From an uncultured Methanosarcinales archaeon (GTDB taxonomy: Archaea; Nanobdellota; Nanobdellia; Woesearchaeales; ARS49): a stretch of DNA of 64,000 nucleotides. The notes beneath the pieces were generated by a model. The model saw nothing but the letters and a program-made list of their open reading frames with translations, was not told where the DNA came from and made no database searches. The stretch lies in contig CAYHOF010000004.1 of assembly GCA_964358315.1 (NCBI GenBank), positions 2,431-66,430 on the forward strand, in the 5' to 3' direction. This document shows positions 16,093 through 28,000 of this stretch, piece by piece. Numbering within the stretch: the stretch's first letter is position 1; each line of letters opens with the position of its first letter. The translations under genes were made by a program, and so were the position numbers.

Positions 16093-19000
16093 TGATGCTG
16101 TCGCGCGTCCTGTGAACATGTTCTGCCGGTCGGCTGGCGTCATTGCCGCGAGCGGCGCGGATGTGGCATGCGCTGAATTGAAAGTGTGGATGACCTCATT
16201 GCCTGCGATGACCGTGAAGCCATGCAACCCTTCGAGACCTGGTTCATTCTCGAGTTCTTTCAACTTTTCAAGGACTGCGTTGATGCGTACCGCGCGGTCC
16301 CTAGGACCGATGAATAGTTCGATAGTGCCCTTTGAGACCTTGATGTATCCTTCAACCCTGTTTTTCTTCTCGCCAGGGATTATAGTGTTGTGCAGGGTTT
16401 GTGAATTCGCGCTGACGTAGGCGATCTTGCCGCCCGCGATCACGACCTTCACGTCCACACCCTGCTCCAGCAGTCCTTTGAGTCCGAGATACTCCTCCTT
16501 CACTTGGCTTGGACTATACGTTCCTGGCGGTGCTTGTTGGGCTGTCGGTGCTACCAGCGCAGCCACCTGGTCATAGCTCGTTGCTGCAGCTATGCCTGGG
16601 AAGCGTTGGGTGAGCTCGAGCGCGCCAAGGAAGAACTTGCCTGTGTTACCGTCGATCGTGATGACGTCTTTCGTGCTGATGGTCTGCGCAAGCAATGCGA
16701 TATCCGCGCTCTTGGCGCCGACAATGGCAGGGATGCCGAACTTGCGCGCCACGACCGCGGCGTGGCTCAAGCGACCGCCTTCCATCGCGACAACGCCCGC
16801 GAGCCTTGACATCATCGGCACGACGACACCATCTATCGTCACGACCTGGCCCACATCCTCCGGCGTGAGAGCGTCGGTGACGAGGATGACTTTTTGTCCT
16901 TGTTGTATGAGCGTCTTGGCCCGTTCGATTCCTGCCTGCTTCTGCGCGCCGATCGCGCGCACAATGACGCCTGTCGCCGCGCCGCTCGACGCGGGCTCTG
17001 CTGCGAGAAGCGTCGATGCTTTCTGCCCTTCGCGGACCTGCGTCTGTCGGAGTTGGCTGAGCAGCGGCTTCATGCGTTCGAACGCAGCCTCGTATGCGGC
17101 AGGGGGTGTGCCGAACACGCCTTTCTCGACCAGGTTGATGATGGACCGTAACGCTGCAGCAGGCTCCATTTCCGCTGTTCGTGTCTGCAGGATGTAGAGT
17201 CGTCCATTGTCGACGGTGAACTCGATGTCTTGCGCCGTGCCGAAATGCCGTTCGAGTGTTTCCGCGTACGCCAGCAGTTGGCGGTGGAGCGCGGGCGAGG
17301 TGCGTTGGAGGTCGGCGACTGAACGCACCGCACCCTTGCCTGACACAACTTCCTCGCCTTGCGCGTTGGGGAGATACTCGCCTGTTGGTGTTGCCTCGCC
17401 CGTGATGGGGTTCTGCGTGAAGAGGATGCCTGTGAGCGATGTGCCGAGCCTGTTGTTGCCGAACACCATTTTTTGGACTGTCACCGCTGTGCCGAGCGTG
17501 TGCGGGATGCGGTTGGCGTCCCTGTACGCGACCGCGCCCGGCGTGTTCCATGACTTGAACACCGCTTCTGTCGCCGCATCGAGTTGCGCCCTGCCGTTGT
17601 GCAGGAAGCGTTCATGGCCGTCCCGTGTGAGAAGTAGTTTCATCCTCTCAATCACCTGTGTCGGTGTCGCGCCCGCCGCAAACCGGTCGATGCGCGCTTT
17701 TTCATAGCCGAGCACGGTCACGGCGAAGGACTGCAGGAATGTGGCGTACGTGCGTGTGGCTTCCACTTGTCCGATCATGCGGGCGAGCGCGGGGAGCGTC
17801 TCGTCTGTCAGGCCTACGTTGAGCACGGTCTCGAGCACGCCCGGCATCGAGACAGGCGCGCCGCTGCGCACCGAGACGAAGAGCGGTGTTGCAGGGTCTG
17901 CTGTAGGATCGTTGGGATCGTAGAGCGTACCTTCTTGTGTGACGTCGAACGTCTGTTTGAGTTGGTCGTTCATCGCCGTGGTGGGCAATTCTCCTGTGCG
18001 TTGGTAATGCTCGAACGCCTCTGTGGTGAGCACGAAGCCCGGTGGGACGGGCATGCCGAGCGCGATCATCTCGCCAAGGTTCGCGGCTTTGCCGCCAAGC
18101 GATGCCCTGAACGCCGCGCCGTGCTCTCCCAGTCCTTCGACCATGGTGCCTGACGGGACGAGTTCGACGGTGCGGAATTCTGTCGCGCCTCCTGTGCGGT
18201 CGCCGAACTTGGAGACGATCGGCGTTTCTCCGGCATAGACAGCAAGCGCCCGGTAGAGGTTCCTGTTGCCTGCCGCGAAGGTGCGGAACTCGTTCTCGTC
18301 GGCGAATTGCGTCTGGACGAACCGTTTGCCGTCCTTGACGCCCTCCACGATGGTGAAGATGTTCTGTGATGATTTGTAGTCGACAACAGGCGCTTCGCTG
18401 CCGGTGCGTGCGATCCATTCGTTCACGGCGTTCGCGAGCGAGCCGTGCGAGATGTCTCCTCCTAAGCTGAAGGTGCCGGCCTGTTCTCCGTTTTTGAGGA
18501 CGGTGACACGACTGCCGTCTTGTTTGTAATGCCACACATTGCCCTGTGAGTCGAGGGTCATGATGGACAATGCCTGTTCTGAGAGCGCCAACAATCCTGC
18601 CTGGTTCATCGCTTCCTGGATGATGGGAGTGGCGAACGCCACGTATGTGGCGAGCAATGGTTGCGCATCCTGCGCGGACATCGCCTCGTCGCCGCGGAAC
18701 ATTGTCGGTTGGATGTCTGCACCGGTGAGGACGCCGCGTGCGTGGACGATGACGCCTTCTTCGACCATGCCTTCATGGAATGTTCCTGCCTCGGCCACTC
18801 TGATGACGAGCTTGCCGTCCTTCTCATACATGACGTAGTTGAGCGTCAACTGTCCTCCTTCTTGCGATAACTTCTTGAACATGTCCGCGAGCTGTTGTGC
18901 TGCCTCTGCCGGCGTCTGGTCTGCTGTGATCTCGACCGCCTGGACCAATGCGATGGGAGGCACTTCAACTTGGTCCACGACGCCTGCTGCGTTCTTCTTC

Positions 19001-22000
19001 TGCAGGATCATCGTGCCATCAGGGTTCATTCGGAGGATGCTGTACCCGACTTCGAGCTTTCCGTCCTTGGTCGTGAACGAGACGGTCTCGCCCGTGAGCG
19101 GGACAGGCAACTCTGCAGGCACTGCTGGCGTCGGCGTCACTGCTTGCTGGATGGAGCCGAAGTTCTGCGGTGGGATGCTGATGAATTCGCGGTTGAACGC
19201 CTTTCGGTTGTTCACGAACAAGATGCCGTCCTGGTCGATGGACACGACCGTGCCGCTTGCCAAGGCGGCCTCTTGTCTGGTCTGGTCCAGCGTGACGGTA
19301 TTTGTTCCGGCGGTGACCCTGACGCTTCCATCAGGGAGTCTCTCGATCGCGGTGATGGAGGGGTCTATCCTCGCGATGTCGTTCATCGTACCGGCCTGCC
19401 TGTCAGGGCGTGCGGTGAGCGTGATGCTGCCGATGTCAGTGGTCTGCGGCGTTGTCGTGACCCTGATCTCTCGCTTGCCACGTACGATATCGTATTCCGT
19501 GTTGGAATACTGGTATGCGAGATCCGTTGGTTTGGCCAGCGTTTCCACTGTCACGCTCGTGATGCTCTCCCCTGTCGCGGTCTGCATTGTGCGGGCGGAG
19601 AGTTTGATGTTATGCTGCGGCAGCGTGAGATCGCCATCAAGGCCCATGTGATACGTCGTGCCTGCAATGACGACCTGGATGCGTTGTGTGAGGAAGAGCG
19701 TCCATGGATTGCGCACGACGCGTGTCTGCATCGGCACGGGTTTCGCATCGGTCTGCACGGCGAATTTGGAGTTGAATTTTCCGACGATCTCGCCGTTGAT
19801 GATGATGTCCATGCCGTGCATGCTTTCAAAGCCCGGCTTTGATTGCCACGACTGCACGACGGCAAGGGCGCTGGCGCGCGCTTCGGGCGTGTTGACGTTG
19901 AAGAAATCGATGCGGTTGCGCTTGTAGTTGATGTAGCCAGGCGCACGCGCCACTTTGTTGCCCAACTCGTAATGGAGGCGCGCGCCTTCCCCATCGACGA
20001 CAGCATCCACTGTGGGCACCGCTCCTGAGACGACGAACCTGATGTTGGTGTCGCGCAGGCGGGGATTGTCTGCCCTTGGTAGGATATCGGCGAGGTCTTT
20101 CTCACCGTCATATTCTTGGACAGGCGCTTCTGGCGTCACGGTCGGTGTTGGCACGACAGGAGGGGCGGGTGGTGCGATCGTCTCCTTGACCTTCTCATCT
20201 ACGGTCTGGTCCAGCGCTGTCTCGACCTGTTGTTCGCTGACGCGCACGCCAGGTGCGCCTGGTCCGCAGCGCAGCGGCGATGCGACCTTGCACCTGTCGT
20301 TCTGCTCGGTGCGGCGCTCGACTTCTGCCGCGAGCTCGCTACCAGGGATGCCCAGCGCGATGACATTGTTGGTGAGGTCCTCGCTTGCCGCGACAGTGCC
20401 ATCAGGTTGCGTCGTGACCTGTTCATTAATTGTCTGCGTCGAGACGCCACGCAATGCGCGCTCGGCAGCGACCTCGTCGACGGCGGATGGCGTGGGCGTG
20501 ACTTGTGGTGCGGCGGTCGGTGTTGTGAACGTGGTGACGTCGTTGTCGTTGATTTGTATTTCGACGCCGTCTGATTGTCGTCGGATGGTGGTTTGGCCGT
20601 TTGCTGCGCGGACGATGCGGCCGGTGATTGTCGTTACGATTTCGGTCTTGCCTGTTTGTGGGTTCGGGACGAGGATTGATCTGACGTTGACGGTGATGGG
20701 GGTGTCTGGGACGATGCCGAGTGCCTCGAGTTGTTTGTCGAGCGTTTTTGAGGTGTCGCGTGGGACGGGTGCGGCGGTGGGTGTTGGTGTCGGTGCGGTG
20801 ATGGTGTCAACTTGGTTGTCGTTTATTGTTATTGGGCCGTCTGCGGTTGTGATGGTGGTTTTGCCGTTTTGTGTTGTTATGGTGCCGGTGAGGGTTTCTG
20901 GTACGAGTTGGGTTGCGCCTGTGACGGGGTCTGTTTTGAGTGTTCCTCGGGTGGTTTGGATGGTGACGGTGGTTGTGTCTTGTGTGATGCTGAGCGCGGC
21001 GAGTTGGGCAGCGAGTGAGGTAGTCGTGTCGCGGGGTGCTGTTTGTGCGGCTGCTTGCGCGGCGGGTGTGAGTCGTGTTGCGGTTTGTGTTGCCTGCTCG
21101 GCAGCGACTTGTGTCGTTACCGGCTGGCTGGCGAGTTCCTGTAACTCTGCCGCGAGTTGCTGGACTTTCTGTCGTGCTGCTTCCTTGTTTTCTGGCGACG
21201 CTTCTTCAGCTGCTTTCGCCGCTTGTGTCACTAAATCAGCCAGGGCTTTCAGTTGTGCGGCTTGTGTGTCCCGTGCGCCTGCATCGGGCGTGCCCAAGGT
21301 TTGTGCCCGGAGCGCGGTTTGTTGTGCGACGCGGGCGACTTCCTGGGCGTGATCAGCTACGGTTTGAGGTGCGCCGGCAACAGTATGGGCGGCTTGAACA
21401 GCCGCTGCTGCTGTTTGTTGTTGCAGTGCAGATTCAAGGATTTGCGTCCGTTCATGAGTCAGTTGGGCTGTCCTTGCGCGCGCATCTCGTTCAACTTCCT
21501 CTGCCTTCGCACGTTGTTCGGGCGTGAGCACAGGCAGGTTGGAGAGTGCCGCCATTGCCTGTGCGTGGTCTGCTCTAGCGAACGATAATGCGATATCAAC
21601 GGCATTGATGGCTTGTTGTGATGTTCCGCCCTCGAGACGGACTGCAACCTCGGTCTTTGCCATTGTTGCCGAAGCAGTGGCGTCGCTTTGTTGTCGTGCT
21701 GCTTTGACGCGTTCAGTGGCTGCTTTCCTGACATCTGGCACGTCGATGCCCAGTGCTGACTTCATTCTCGTGCCCATGCTTGGGTTCGCTATGGCTGACG
21801 ACGCCGCGTTCTGCACTGCATTGAAGTACGTCGCCCGTGATGTTTGCATTGCCGCTTCCGCGACTGCACGGTCTGTGCCGGCGTAGTTACGGGCTTGGGT
21901 CGCTCGTGCTACTGCTGCGGTGTTCCCACTCGCGGCTGCGGTGATGAGCGCGCGTTGAGCCCGTTCTTCCGCAAGAACGGCTGTTCTATAGGCGAGCTCC

Positions 22001-25000
22001 GCTTGTGATGCGTCGTTTGCCGTTCGTCCTACTGTATCATCAGGTGCGAGTTCCTGTGCTTTAATATTCAGTAAATCAGTCTGGATCTTGGTTTCTTGCT
22101 GATGCAGATTCAGCAGTTGTTCTTCGGCAGCCTGTCGTTCTGTCGGGGTCTTCGCGGCGTTATAGCGGGCGGTGGCGTCTTGGAGCAATACCTGGTTGTC
22201 CAGTTGTTCGGCCTGCTTTTTGGACGATGCGTCTCCTTCTTCATTGAGTTGGTCACGTCGGCCGAATGTTTCTGCTTTGCCAGCGAGTCGTTGCACGTCC
22301 TCGAATGTGAGCGTCTTGCCAGTTGTTGTCGTGACGGCTTGGACGCCTCCTTCGGCCATGGCACGGTACAGATCAACAACATTCGTTGCGCTCTGTTTCG
22401 TGCCATCTTGAGCTATAATCGTAAGCGCGCCGGCTCCAATGACATCGTTGAATATCGACTGACTGTGTACTGCCACTTTTGCGTCAACACGCGCCTTTAT
22501 CAACCGTCCACCGAATGTCTCAGATCCTTCACCAAGACCTTCTGCCAGAGAACTCATCGCTTGTCCGAATGCAGAACTATCGCCGAATATGTTGCCCGCG
22601 ATCTCACCCACAAAATTTGCGGGATCGAAGAATGCCTCTCTGAGACTGACCGTCACTCGCACTTGTGTCATCAGTTCTGTGAACGGGTCTGCTACTCTAA
22701 AACCACCTTGTGGCTTGCGTGTGAAGTATGTTGAGAGATCTTCCTCGTTCTCAGGAGCAATCTTGTTGATGAACGCCCCTACTTGTTTGGCCGCGGCGAC
22801 CGTGGTGCCGCCGAGCCGCGCAAACGTGGGGAGTCGTGAAACGAGCGTTGCTTGGAGCGCTTTGACTGATTCTCGTTCTAAGATCGAGCCTGCAACCGAA
22901 CCTGCTTTCCCGAAGATGGCAACGCCACCAGTGGAGAGCGGAGCCATCAAGCCGCTCATGATGATGGTATTACCTAATTCAATGAAGGAGTCCGTGCTTT
23001 CTACCACGCGGACTGCGCGATCGTAGTCTTCAAGAAGGGCTTTGTCTCCTATCAACTTGATGTATTGCTGGCCGGTCTCGTAATCGCCGCTGAGGTATTT
23101 TGTTTGCGCGACGTTCAGCAATGTCTGCGTGTGCAGTTCCTTTGCGGCAGCGTTGTTTCTCCAAGCAGCTCCAAACCGGTCTTTCAGATACCCCTGCATG
23201 AGCGGATCGGATTTGCGCAGCGCGCTCCACAGCAGGGGATCTTTCTCGACTGCATCTGTGAGTCTGATTCCTGGCTGCTGGAGCGCGGCTTCGACTGATT
23301 TGTCTAGTCGTGCCATGCTGCCTTTTTGTTCGAGGAGTTCAAGAGTGCCTCCCCCGTTCTGGCTTTTGTCCATGCCCCAATTCCACATGAGTGAGAATGC
23401 CTTGAGTGGTATCTGCACGGTCTCTGCAGCCCTGTCCAAACCACTCACGTCTTCTTTGTTGCTGAAGAAGGAGAACTTGCCATCATGGAATCCTTGCAGT
23501 CGGTCATGTTCTTCTTTGAGAGCGACGCGTGCATCCCGGAGCGCAAGCGCGGTTTTGTAGCGCTCGTCGCCGGCAAGGACAACCCCATAAAGTGCGCCTT
23601 TATCCTCGAATTTTTCCGATGCTTTTTTGGCTTCACCGAGAATACGAATAGTTTGTTCGTTGATACCGTACGTTTCACTGCCTGTAGTGCCGACCGTCTT
23701 GAAAAAGTCGAGGCGTTCTTGTGTGGTCAGTCCTTGCTGGGTGAGTTTGCTGTTGACCTCCAGTAGCACGCGTGTTTGTTGGGCAAGGTCTCTTGCCTTC
23801 TTTTCAGCTTTATCATTGGAGGAGTCAACTGTCCACGCGTCAGATCCGCCGATAGACACCACGGCGTTGTACGAATTGCGGACAAGGTCTGTTGGTGCGC
23901 GTACAACTAGCTTCACGAATTCGCCGCCTGCCCCGGTCACCGTGCCAACTGTGGCCTGGACAAGCCCGCCCGTTGCGCTGTATAAAGAATCACTTGCCTT
24001 CTGCCAATCGCCATCGTAGAGCGCAATTCCGGTATTAACGAGTCCGTTCGCGGTGTTGTACACGCCCTCTGTCAGAGGTTTGACTGCGCGCGCGCCACGA
24101 GAGTACAGTGTGTCTTGTGTGACGCTGTTATAGAGTTCGGTTGAACGCGCCAATTGTCTGTTTATTGCGTCGAAACGTTTTGCTATGTCCGCATCGTCAC
24201 CAGATCCGAGCTCTTGCGCGATAGCAGCATAGAGGTTCTTGCCTGTACCGGCGTAGTTACTGTCTGCAGTAGTCTTATCGCTGCCTTCAAAGTATCCAAC
24301 GTTGGAGATCGCGTCACGCACATTCTTTTCATAGAGTTCAAGTGTGGCAGCGGCCACTCGTGCGTTGTCTCGGACGAACTGTTTTTTCACATCAGCACTG
24401 GCCGAACCAATACCAATGAATGCTTCTTGCTGTGCAAGTTCGACGTAGGTCTTATATTCTGGGTTTTTTGCAGCAATCGCTTGGAGCCCTTGCCAGGCAT
24501 CCACTTGGAAGTTCAACGCTTCGACTTTCTGGTCTTGGGTGAGAACCCCTATCTTCCCGGTTTCATCCACCGTGAATTTGCCCGTTGTCTTATCTACTGT
24601 TAGTGTTTCTGCACGTTGCGCAACAGTTGAGTATTCGCGTGCAAGTGTGCCGAAGCGATATAGCGCATCTGCGTCTCCTGCACTGGATGATTTGAGACTG
24701 AGGAGGGTGTTGTGGGTGAGTGGAAGGAGAGACCTCTCTAAGTCGTCGCCAAGCACGGAATTTTTTGTCGTTGATGTTAATCGTAACAGATTGCTCATCA
24801 ATTCCGTGTCGGTCGTGCCCTGTCTGGCCTGCTCTGCGAGTGTCGCAACGTTTTCTTTGATACGGGTTTCCACGTAGCGGAGGTCTTTGGTGAGTAGTGC
24901 CGCAGTGCTGGGATCAGCATTCTGTGCAGCATTGTATAATGCATCGTAAATGGTTGCGATATTGTCACTAGCTTGGAGCTTCTTAGCGAAATACCCGTCG

Positions 25001-28000
25001 AGGTTGGGCTGTATGAAGTTCGTGTAGGCAAGCTCCTGTGATCTAGCTATGCCTGACTGCAGTATGGAGAGTGCCTTATCTTGATATTTTGTATTGATGG
25101 CGTTGCGCTCCGCATCTGACGTCGCGTAGGCATACTCATGGAGGTAGCTTGCCGCCTTTCTGACCTTTTCAAGGTTGTCGTGTTCGCGAGAGGTTGGACT
25201 CACGCTTATGTATGTGTTGATCGCTTGTTTGTCACTCTGGATAACCGCATTTATGGCATCACGAATCAATGGGTCTTTCTCCAGTCGAAGCTGTCCTTCC
25301 CAATAGTTGATGTCAACACCCATTTTTTTGATTAAATCTTGGTTTCCATGCGATCCTTTTGAGAACGCGTCCATCCCTTTGATCTTTCCATTGATGCGTT
25401 CAAGCTGTTCCTTGACAGATGCGGGTAAGTCAGGTAGTTTCAAGAGTTCATCAATACTGACGTCCCCTTCAGGTATCTTGGCGCGTAATTCAGGACCTGC
25501 TTGCAGGTAAACAATGTTCTTTGCCACAATCGCCATAAAATGTATTGTTTTATCGTCGACTTGAGTGATGGTGCCTTGTTGCAGCGCGGCCAGTGCATCC
25601 AGACCTGGCGCCGCGTCTTTGAACAGGAATTCTTTTGCATCACTGTACTTGCCACGCTCGAGTAGATAGAGCGCGGCTATTTGTGGACTGTTGTCAAGTT
25701 CTTGCTGAGCTTTTACCCGTTCTTCCGGCGATGCTTTTTCTAACCGATATTTTGCTTGTTGAACGATTCCTCGGGCAATCTCAAGATCATCACCAGTGGA
25801 TGCACGCGCGCGACGTGCGATGGATTCGAGTTGGAGACGTTGATTTTCTGTCAGGTCGGTCCGCTCGAGCTCTTTTTCGACGGATGCAAGAAACGTCTTG
25901 ATCTTGCCAAAATCCTTGGCTTCTCCTACGCGTGTAATGCTTTCTAATTCTGTGTTTGCATTCTCGATGGCCAATTGTGGTGCGGCAAACTTGCCTGCCT
26001 TGGTCGCGCCATACTCCTCTACAAAACGGGTGAGAGCCTCTTTGTCGATTACTTTGCGTTCAAAGATTCGGTCTAACCGCATCTGTGCGATGTTTTCATT
26101 GAACAACAAGATGTCTTCTTTCGCCGCATCGCCGAGTTGACTGCGCAATTCATCACGTACTGCCTCTGCTGTAGCTGCGTGCTTTTGGATGACTGCAGCC
26201 TCAAAGAGTGTCAGAAGGCTGAGGCGAATGTCTTCTTTCAACTTGAGACGTTCTGCTTCAGGCAATGCTCTGGTTCGTTTTTCCAGCTCATCGTAGAGTG
26301 AAATCATTTCTGCGCTGGCCTCAGATTGCCCCTCTTTTCCTTCTGATGCCAGGATTGTCTTGAGTTCTTTCAGCTTGTCATTGAGTCGTGATCGGGTGAC
26401 GGCGTTTTGAAGTTGGACGACGTCAAGCTCTTTGGCATTCGCGAGATCGCTGCGTTGCAGGAGGTCGTTGATGATGGCGTATTTGTCGGCATTGTCGGAC
26501 GAGAGCTGGGCATACGCCTCGGACAAAAGTCCTCGTTTGTATCCGTTCTTCGCAGCTTCCACCAACACATCGTGCGCCTCTGCGGTTTTTCCCTGGATCT
26601 TGAGTGCGGTGGCTTCTTGATACCAGGTGGCTTCAATGCGTGCCTTGATGGCGTCGGACTGGCTTTTGTCCCCGAGCGCGACGGATTGCTCGAGCGCTAG
26701 TTCATATGCGGCACGTTCGTTCTTGTAGACGTCCGCTCCGCCCGCGGCACGCGCGTTGGAAGCTTGCAATGTCGCGGCCTGGATGATGGTTTGTCGCAGT
26801 GTTTTGGTTTCGTCGCCTGTCGATGTTTTCAATGCGGCTTGGGCGGTGGCGATGACGTTCGAGGTGAGCGTTCGTGATGCGGCGATATCGTTGATGTTTG
26901 CGTACGCTTGTGCGGTCCGGAAGCTGATGGGGATGTCATCTTTGGCGCTGCGTAGCGTTGTTGCAAGGTACGTCGCTCCCAATGTCGCCAGTTGCTGTTC
27001 GCGATTGGGCGTGGTAGTGCGTTGGATGACGTTGAACTCGCGTTCGGTGAGCACATTCTGTTCCTGGAAGTAGTTCGCGAATGAGAAACCGTTGCGCGTC
27101 TCGAAATTCTGTTGGGCTGCCCGATCACCGAATGCCTCTTGTGATTCACGGTATTTTTGGTACGCGTCCTCATACCTCCCTTGTTGTTCGTATGACAGTC
27201 CAAGTGACTTGAGTAGTTCGGGTGTGGGTTGGCCTCCTGATTTTTGGGCGAAGGCCAGTGATTGTTCAAGATAACTGATCCGTTGATCCGCCGTGAGCGC
27301 TTTGTTGTCCGCCGCACGTTGGTATGCTGCGGCAAGTGTCTTGTCCTGATCAGCTTGACTTAGACTTCCGAGCACGCTCCGTACTTTCTGCAAGTAGTCT
27401 GGCGCGTTTGGATCGAAGATGGATGCGTATGCACTCGCCGCCGCTTTTGCATCGACTTTGGCGAGGGAAGCGGCGGCCTGGAGTCGTTGCTCCTGGTTCA
27501 GGGTTGCATCACTTGCTTGTGCAGCGAGGCGTTCCTTTGTGATGTCTCCGATCTTTTGGTCGAGATACTTGATGAACTCAGGAGTGATGCGCGGCGTCTG
27601 TTTTAGTTGTTCGAGCTGTTGGAGTATTCCTTCTATGTCGCCGTAGCGTTTCGCGTCTGCCAGCGCCGTACCTGTGAGCGAAAGCAAGGCCACTTTGTCG
27701 GACAAGCTCAATGACGGATCCGCTGCGAGTGATTGTATCGCGAGGAGGCCGTCTGCTTGTTTGTTGTCGGCTTTGTATTGCGCATAGATCTGACTGGCGG
27801 CGTAGCTCTTGCTTCCTCCTCCCTGGATATAGAGCTGGTATGCATGGATGGCTGCAGCGTGGTCGTTTGCCGCTTCTTTTCGTGCGGCATCGATGAGTAA
27901 CGGAACGTTACCGAGTTTCGCGTCGGCCGCGACTTGTTCGAGCACTCCGCTTATGATTGTGGGTCGTGGTGCGCCTCCAGGTCCGATCGCTTCAGGTGTG

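Noticed and set aside
16646-18535. Long R-rich minus ORFs (301 aa and 277 aa) within the 3' part of giant gene 2
   Set aside because: Different frames of the same strand region. Translations are R/H/G-rich. The giant-gene frame encodes recognisable PEP-utiliser motifs.
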